From Octopus vulgaris (taxonomy: Eukaryota), in NCBI GenBank assembly GCA_951406725.2, contig OX597827.1:16678001-16742000 (forward strand): a DNA stretch of 64,000 nucleotides. Direction: 5' to 3'. The number at the start of each line of letters is the position of its first letter. Position 1 is the stretch's first letter. The position numbers and the translations under genes are program-made. This document shows, piece by piece, positions 56,453-64,000 of this stretch. The notes beneath the pieces were generated by a model that was given only the letters and a program-made list of their open reading frames with translations, did no database searches and was not told where the DNA came from.

Positions 56453-56798
56453 ATACATACGTACATACACACATATATATGTATATTTGTATATTTCTTC
56501 ATAACGATTATGGTAAGATGAATAGAGACCACTCATTGTATGATCAATATTACATAACGGATCTGATAGTTTCATTCTTTTCGTCCATATTTTCAAAACA
56601 GTGACACCAACACATAGTTTTACTGAATTGTGATACCAACAACTCTCTTCTTCATGTAATATCTTACACTCTCCTACTTATAGATTTCCAGGTTATGTGG
56701 AACCAGAGTTTCTAAAGAGGAAACCTTACCTTCTATGCATTCTGATAGCCACTGTTCGCTTCACCCTTTCCCTAACGTCCATCGTTAGCGTTTGTGTT

Positions 56799-57047
56799 GG
56801 GATGGGAAGGATAGGGAATGTTGGAATGTGTAGGAATGAGGGGGGTTACAAGGGAGGAGTGATGATGGTGGGGAGGGAAGGAGAAGGAAAGTAGGAGTGA
56901 AGTGAAGAAGTAGGAGTCGGAGCAAGAGAGAAGAGGCGGGTAGGAGGAAGTATATGTGAGGGGGAGAGAGGCGAGAGGAGGAGGTTAGATGAAGAGGAGA
57001 GGAGAGTTGAGCCCATGTGGCGCAAAGAAGCGAAGTGAGAAGGAAGT
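56799..57047 (-). mobile_element. Internal fragment of PLE family A (ORF end / 3' UTR)
   Basis: Near-identical to 48838-49085; bracketed by a ttagcgtttgtgtt direct repeat. Confidence 0.8.
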
Positions 57048-58796
57048 GTATATAAACGATGCGAACATTAGCGTTTGTGTTTATGCCGGGCTTAGCAGGG
57101 CATAGTTACTGTGAACGCTGTTCTTGTAAAAAGATATAAATGCAAGCATGCATACATACATAAATACGTTCGTACGTACATACATACATACATGCGTAGA
57201 TTCTTAATACATACACACATATATCCATACATGCATGCATACACACATACATACATGCATACCTACATACATATACGCATACACACATGCATACATACAT
57301 GCATAAATGCATACATATATGCTTAGATATAAACATGCGTGCATATATACATGTATGCATATATACATCCGTACGTACGTACATGCATAAATACATACAT
57401 GCGTACATACATACACACGCATATGCTTACATGCATGCATACATGCATACATACGTACATACACACATGAATACATACATGCATGCATGCATACATACAC
57501 ACGTGCATACATACATGCATACATGCCTGCATGCATACATGCACACATACACACATACATACATGCATAATATATACATACAGATATATATATATATATA
57601 TATATATACGCATACATACCTACACACATGCACACATACAAGGAAAAACGAATTTATTCACACAAATATGCAACCGAAGAGTTTAAAGTACTAGTAAGTA
57701 CATCGCAACAGCTGATGTACTTGCGCGTACAAACGCACGTTCCCACGGCTTTATCGATCACATTCTCACCTAGAATCGATTTTTGTAATTTTTTAAGACT
57801 TATACATGCCGGATACCATCAGTATCTACATATCAAATTTGAGCGCAATTGGATGGAGGATGCCCGAGATCCTAGAAGACACACACACACACACACAGAC
57901 AAAACGGATGTTATATAATAGATATGTTATTTATATATATTTTTTATATTTCCATATAGTTAAATAAGATTCAGGTTAAAACCTTGTAGAAGGCTATGCA
58001 AAGCTCCTCCATAGTTATTGGCAATCTGATGTCATCATACAAGTGGAAATGCTTCTGCTGCTGTATATGCATCAGAAATTCCACAATGTCAGTAGAATTT
58101 ATATAAATAACTAAAAGAAAATGGCATGGGCAACATTCTTTATTTAATTTCACTACAATTGTATCGACAGATGGGGAATATTGCGAAATTTGTTTCCCAC
58201 CTACCAGTGCAAAGAAGCAATATTTGTACGTGAACGTTTAAATAAAGAAAATTTATTTATCAAAAAATACAGAACACGCCTAAATATGAACGTATAATCA
58301 ACTTTGGTGTCGGTATATATCTTAATTCATGATCACATACCCCTCACTGCAGGTACTTCATTTCACTACTTTAGCTTTTGAGTTTTTTTGTATTGATTTA
58401 TCCTCTCCCCAAAATATGAGCAATTACCTCCCCTGTCCCGAATAATAACGATCACCAGTTACCACCCCTTAGATTTTCTACTTGTTGGTTCATTTCATTC
58501 ACAAACTCCAATACACAACATCAACTAAAATCATGTTAAGAAAATACGAAATTACAACAATTTCAATGTTATGGTTAACGGAAGCGAAACCGTTCGACAA
58601 ACACAATACTCTTTCACTTATAAAATATATTAAAAAGTACATTAAAACTTTGTAAACTGTGTGCATTTCCCCCCATATGTATGTATGTATGTATGTATGT
58701 GTATGTATGTATGTATGTATGTATGTATGTATGTATGTATGTCTATCTATCTATATATATATATATGTATGTGTGTGTGCGTATACATACATACAG

Positions 58797-58851
<55 letters not shown>

Positions 58852-59011
58852 TATATATATATACACATATACATTTACATATATATTGCTTTGTATGTAT
58901 ACTCTTGTAAGATATTGAGACAGATCGGTAGAAAAAGAGAGAAAGAGAAAGATTAAGAAAACGAGAAAGAGCCAAGGTCTATGTCTGGGTGTGTATGAGT
59001 GTGATGAGTGA

Positions 59012-59069
<58 letters not shown>

Positions 59070-60378
59070 GAGAGTAATTGACTATGGTGGTCACAAGCAT
59101 TATTGCCGTCTAAAAGGTGTTTATGCATAAAATTGATGAAGCCTGTACGAATGATAACAAATGGATTAAGCTGACAGTATATTTCTTTCAGTTTCCATTA
59201 TGAATTTAATGGTCGTTCACATTTCCATTTACACCAGACAATATATCCGAGCTATCGCTAATAATTGTTCGCAGATTCATTAAAGCAGACGACCCATTCT
59301 TTTCACCTTCAGTAATCGTCCTCAAGTTTTATTGGTTCTTCTTCTCCGTTCGCACTATTGCTGTGGCGAAAGACTTGAAAGCCGAAGCATATTGCTAGTG
59401 CTTCTATCTTGCGTTCAAAGTCGGCAGAAGAACGTAAGGAAGTGAGAACTTTGAATTAACGTAATATTTTAGTATCGCTGCCATTTTTATATTCCAGCAC
59501 AATATTGCTGCTGAAGATGATTGTAGCTATACGGTCGCGCACACCAGGGACATTATGTGAATTGTCGAGCTTTCGGCTGGCTGGTTAGTGGTTCGAGGAT
59601 ATCATCTGTGTAAGTATGTTAGATTATAAGGCATTAAAACAATATGAGTTCCCCTCAGACACAACATAATCTGTGTGAAATTTAAGTTTAAATAAATTCC
59701 ACGTAAATGCGTGTGTGGATGCGAATGCTTTTGTACGTGTATATGCTTGAGTATGTTTGTAAGTGTGTGCGTATGTCTGCATACGTCTATGTGTAATTGT
59801 GGCTATGTATTTACGTGTATTTACCTCTGAATGTGTAAGTTTGTAGTATCTATCAACACGCCAGCCACACACACAAATACAGAGATATATACTCACAAAT
59901 CTATAACGTACATATACGCAAATAGCAACATTGTATGGCGGACGAATTTTTCTCATAAAATGAGATCGTATCATATAATTTCACTTGACAAACACAAAAG
60001 AAAAAAAGAACCCCAAATCTCGTATACCCTCTCATGTCATCATTAGGTTGAATAACTTTGATATATTCTAGATTGGGAAATATTGGTCTCTTGACTGTTT
60101 ATAAATCTCACATGAAGCAAGTAAATGGGTTTTCGTAAACAAATTATAAATTCCTAATGTCCATGCTGTTTGCGAAGAGGATTTCGTATTCTCTAAAATA
60201 TAGATTCTTTTTATGTGTCCATCTCAAATAAACCAATACTTCGTTTGTTTTATGGATATTCTCGAAGGCCCACTTATTAAAAAACCCTGATACCTACCCA
60301 TGTTGTACATAGTTATAAGGCCTTTACTTCGATGTATTTATCAACAACTGCTGCTACCCAAAAACATATTATACCTTA

Positions 60379-60891
60379 CTAGCAGTATCGCCCGGCGTTG
60401 CTCGGGTTTGTAAGGGAAATAACTATATAAGCATTTTTAGAGAGTTACTTCCCTTATAGATGCCAATTCGGGCTTTATTAGCCATTTCTGTTTTGGTGTC
60501 TTCAAGCCATGAAGTCGTTGTTCTAAAAGAACGCTGGTCTCCTTGACAACGCTTTACGACGTTGATTTCCTTACACTCCCTTCCCCATAGCTTCACGAGG
60601 GAGGGAAGAAGGGGGAGAAGCAAACAGGTGCAGGTGTGACCATGGACGCCAACTCCGCCGCCATCGACACACGAAAAATTATGCATTAAAATGGAATAAA
60701 AAATGATGTTAAATTATTTTTAAAATCGTAGACTCATCGTAGACGCGCGCTAATACTCAGATGGGCTCGATATGAATCACGACTATAAGATACCCGAATT
60801 TGGTTAAACTGCACCGCAAAATGTGGGAGTAGTTAGGAATCTAAATCGAAGGGGACAGACACTCACACAACTACAGTTTTATATATATAGA
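60379..60891 (-). mobile_element. Complete non-autonomous Helitron-like element
   Basis: Minus strand: A|TC start at 60891, subterminal hairpin cccgagcaacgccggg, CTAG|T end at 60379, no TSD. Confidence 0.8.
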
Positions 60892-61361
60892 TTACGGTTT
60901 TTTCTGATCAATATATCAGTCAAAAGTATCTACAAAAGTTGTGCCACCCTCGTTATAATTATTTGTCAAGCTTACCAATTAACGATCACTACTCTCTGCC
61001 GGTTAAACCCTATCAACGGTATATCAGCTGTGTCCGTATCGTTATTTTCCTGTGCGCACGGAACTCATTTATCAAGTGTAACATTTTCTTGTGAGTAATT
61101 TAACAGAGTTCGACTGATATTTGTAATAAGTCGAGCTGCATAATAGTGGCATTCTTGTTGGCTTGTATCCGGCAAATATTGGTTTGGCTATGGGAAAGTA
61201 AATCAAGTGAAGTTATGTATGTATGTATGCATGTATGTATGTATATATGTATATATATATATATGTATGTATTTACTTATGTATATATGTATATGTGTGT
61301 ATGTATATTTATGTATATATATATATATATATATATAAATATATATATAAATATATATATA

Positions 61362-61421
<60 letters not shown>

Positions 61422-61509
61422 ATACATACATATATATATACATATATATATATACATATATATATACATACATATATATATATACATACATATATATATA
61501 TATACATAC

Positions 61510-61578
<69 letters not shown>

Positions 61579-62351
61579 TATATATATATATACATACATA
61601 CATACATATATATGTATATATATATATACACATACATATATACATATGCACATATATAACAATAGCCAACAATCTTCAAATCTCACATGGCAACCTAATC
61701 GAAATGGAATACAGAGACGCAACCAATATTTTCTCTGGATAGAAAAGATTTGTCAAAAGAAATAACATTCAGAGAAGCCGAGAGTGAATAGGCGGCGCGG
61801 CGAAGACGTGCATGAAAGTAATCAAGAAAACTTTAAAAAGAATTGCTACATCCGTTACACCAAATTGTTTAGTTCCCAGCTGAATTACAATGCTACATCC
61901 ATTTGAAAATACATTTATTTGATATTTGAAAGATAGAAAAAAAGACAAAATAACTGCAATAACATGGACTGTAGGTGTGAAGCCAAAGGCATACAATAGT
62001 CGACTTAGCTACTGATATTTATACACAACCGAAGTCTCGGTCCTACTTAATCATATCCTGACTGTGAAGAAAGAATACCATTCTTCTTGTCTTCTTTCAA
62101 AGGGATACAAATTTTAAACTTGCACGCATACTCCTGGGTTCGTGGCCTATGAATTACAAACTGGTTGAACTAGCAATTTCATTCGAGATATAAACACATT
62201 CAACATACAAAATACAAGCGAAAATTCAAGCCAATTACCTTATATGAACTTCAGTTCTGCACCTCTTCATGAAAACATGGTCGTCTGACATATTTATTTT
62301 TGCGAAAATTTCTTTATTTGTGAGTTACCGTCCTTTTTACCAGCCTCACAT

Positions 62352-62686
62352 GTTATGTTAGAGCACTCCGTCGGTTACGACGACGAGGGCCCCAGCTGAT
62401 ACGATCAACGGAACAGCTTGCTCGTGAAATTAGCGTGCAAGTGGTTGAGCACTCCACAGACACGTGTACCCTTAACGTAGTTCGTAAGGAGATTCAGCGT
62501 GACACAGAATGTGACGAGGCTGGCCCTTTGAAATACAGGTACAACTCATTTTTGCCAGCTGAGTGGACTGGAGCAACGTGAAATAAAGTGTCTTGCTCAA
62601 GGACACAACGTGCCGCCGGGAAACGAATTCACAACCTTACGATCATGAGCCGAATGCCCCTAACCACTAAACCACGCGCCCTCACT
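62352..62686 (-). mobile_element. SINE family 4 head with the tail of the family-3 copy at 26730
   Basis: TSD cagcctcacat at 62341-62351 and 62687-62697; tail matches 26928-27110. Confidence 0.8.
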
Positions 62687-63244
62687 CAGCCTCACATAAC
62701 CTGCATTAACCAGTGGAATATTGCAATGCTGATGCCATATTGGGGACGTAAAGAAACCAACACCGGGACAAATACAGACACATTGGCACACACACACACA
62801 CACACACACACACTTAAAAGTATACATAAAGAGGTGCTTATTTCAGTTTCTGTCTACTAAATCCACTCACAAGGCTTTGGTAGGCCCGATGCTATAGTAG
62901 AAGACACTTACCCAAGGTGCCACGCAGTGGAACTGAACCCGGACACATATGGTTGGGAAGCAAGCTCTTACAACACAACCACTCCTGTGCCTATGACAAA
63001 GAGGAATAACAGTAGCACTGTGTCGAGCAACAATTCCTCGTGGTATTTGGATACAAATCCACCTAAGTTTTAATTATGATCTTCTACACGAAGATCAACG
63101 TCGATGTTACATAAAGATCAAAGGCCCGTGACTCATTTCTCCTTTAATATAGATGGCGATGCCTTAGCTCGGTTGCATTCTAATGGCAGAAACTATCACT
63201 GAAAAAAAAAGTATTGTAATATAGTAACAGCAGAACTCGAAGCA

Positions 63245-63720
63245 ATTCAACGAAGCTACACTAAGAAGATCGTCTCAATGCAACATATCAGCTACTGGGA
63301 AAGACTGAAAGTATTAAAACTCTTCTCCCTGGAGCGAAGGCAGGAGAGATATGCAGTGATATACATCTGGAAAATCATGGAGGGTCTTGTCCCAAATTTT
63401 GGCATTCAAAGTTACACCAACATCACCATCAAAATACAGAACCAGATACTGCAACAACTTGGGTTTCAGAGGACCACAGCTCTTCAGTATCTTTCCTAAA
63501 TGCCTGAGAGACCTGCATGGTGTGGATGTGGGTTTCTTTAAAACTAAACTGGATCTCTTCTTGTCGGCAGGAAACACAGATGCTGGCAGCGGCATCGAAC
63601 TCCCTTGTTGATCAAGTGCCATGTATCAGAGGTGGTTTCACTTACTAGTGTAGCTCATTCAACTGTGGTGCCCCAGCATGGCCGCAGCCACGAAACATTT
63701 TTGAGGATTTTAAGGATTTT
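63245..63720 (+). pseudogene. 3' end of a CR1-group LINE
   Basis: ISYWERLKVLKLFSLERRQERYAVIYIWKIMEGLVPNFGI, then LGFRGPQLFSIFPKCLRDL..FKTKLDLFLS by frameshift. Confidence 0.7.
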
Positions 63721-64000
63721 TACTGTGAATGTAGCTATTTACAGCATTTATATATATATTATAATCATTTCGTTTTAGTTTTGATATTATAACATTACAA
63801 AAGCAGCGAGCTGGCAGAATCGAAAAATGCCAAAAGAATGCTTAGCGGCATTTCGTCCGCCTTTTCATTCTGAGTTTTGCCTTTCACCCTTTCGGGGTCG
63901 TTAAAATAATTACCAGTTGAGTATTGGGGTCGATGTGATCGACTTAACCCTCTCTCAAAATTTCAGGCCTTGCGACTCTATTACGAAGGATATTATAAAT

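Overview
Eukaryotic, AT-rich, non-coding 64-kb window made almost entirely of microsatellites and transposable-element debris. The SINE families and (TA)n/(TACA)n/(GATA)n density suggest an Octopus (coleoid cephalopod) genome; this is inferred from memory of such repeats, not from a database hit. I found no intact host protein-coding gene, and nearly all supplied ORFs are microsatellite artefacts. Recognisable coding remnants are all from TEs: a Penelope-like element (RT C-terminus plus GIY-YIG), an L1/Tx1-type LINE, two R4/Dong-type LINEs, a CR1-group LINE end and three Tc1/mariner fragments. The window also holds several tRNA-derived SINE families, non-autonomous Helitrons, a Merlin-like MITE carrying TTAGGG repeats and a 108-bp satellite. 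Main observations: (1) ten minimal type-I hammerhead-ribozyme-like motifs in Penelope-like terminal repeats, several with non-canonical cores and four clustered at 32.7-34.4 kb; (2) a SINE that shares its 3' end with the (GATA)n-embedded L1/Tx1 element, inserts at GTA-like sites and forms one-head/multi-body tandem arrays; (3) three retroelement lineages that appear to occupy different microsatellite classes; (4) a satellite apparently born from a deleted SINE copy. Coordinates were counted by hand and may be off by a few bases.
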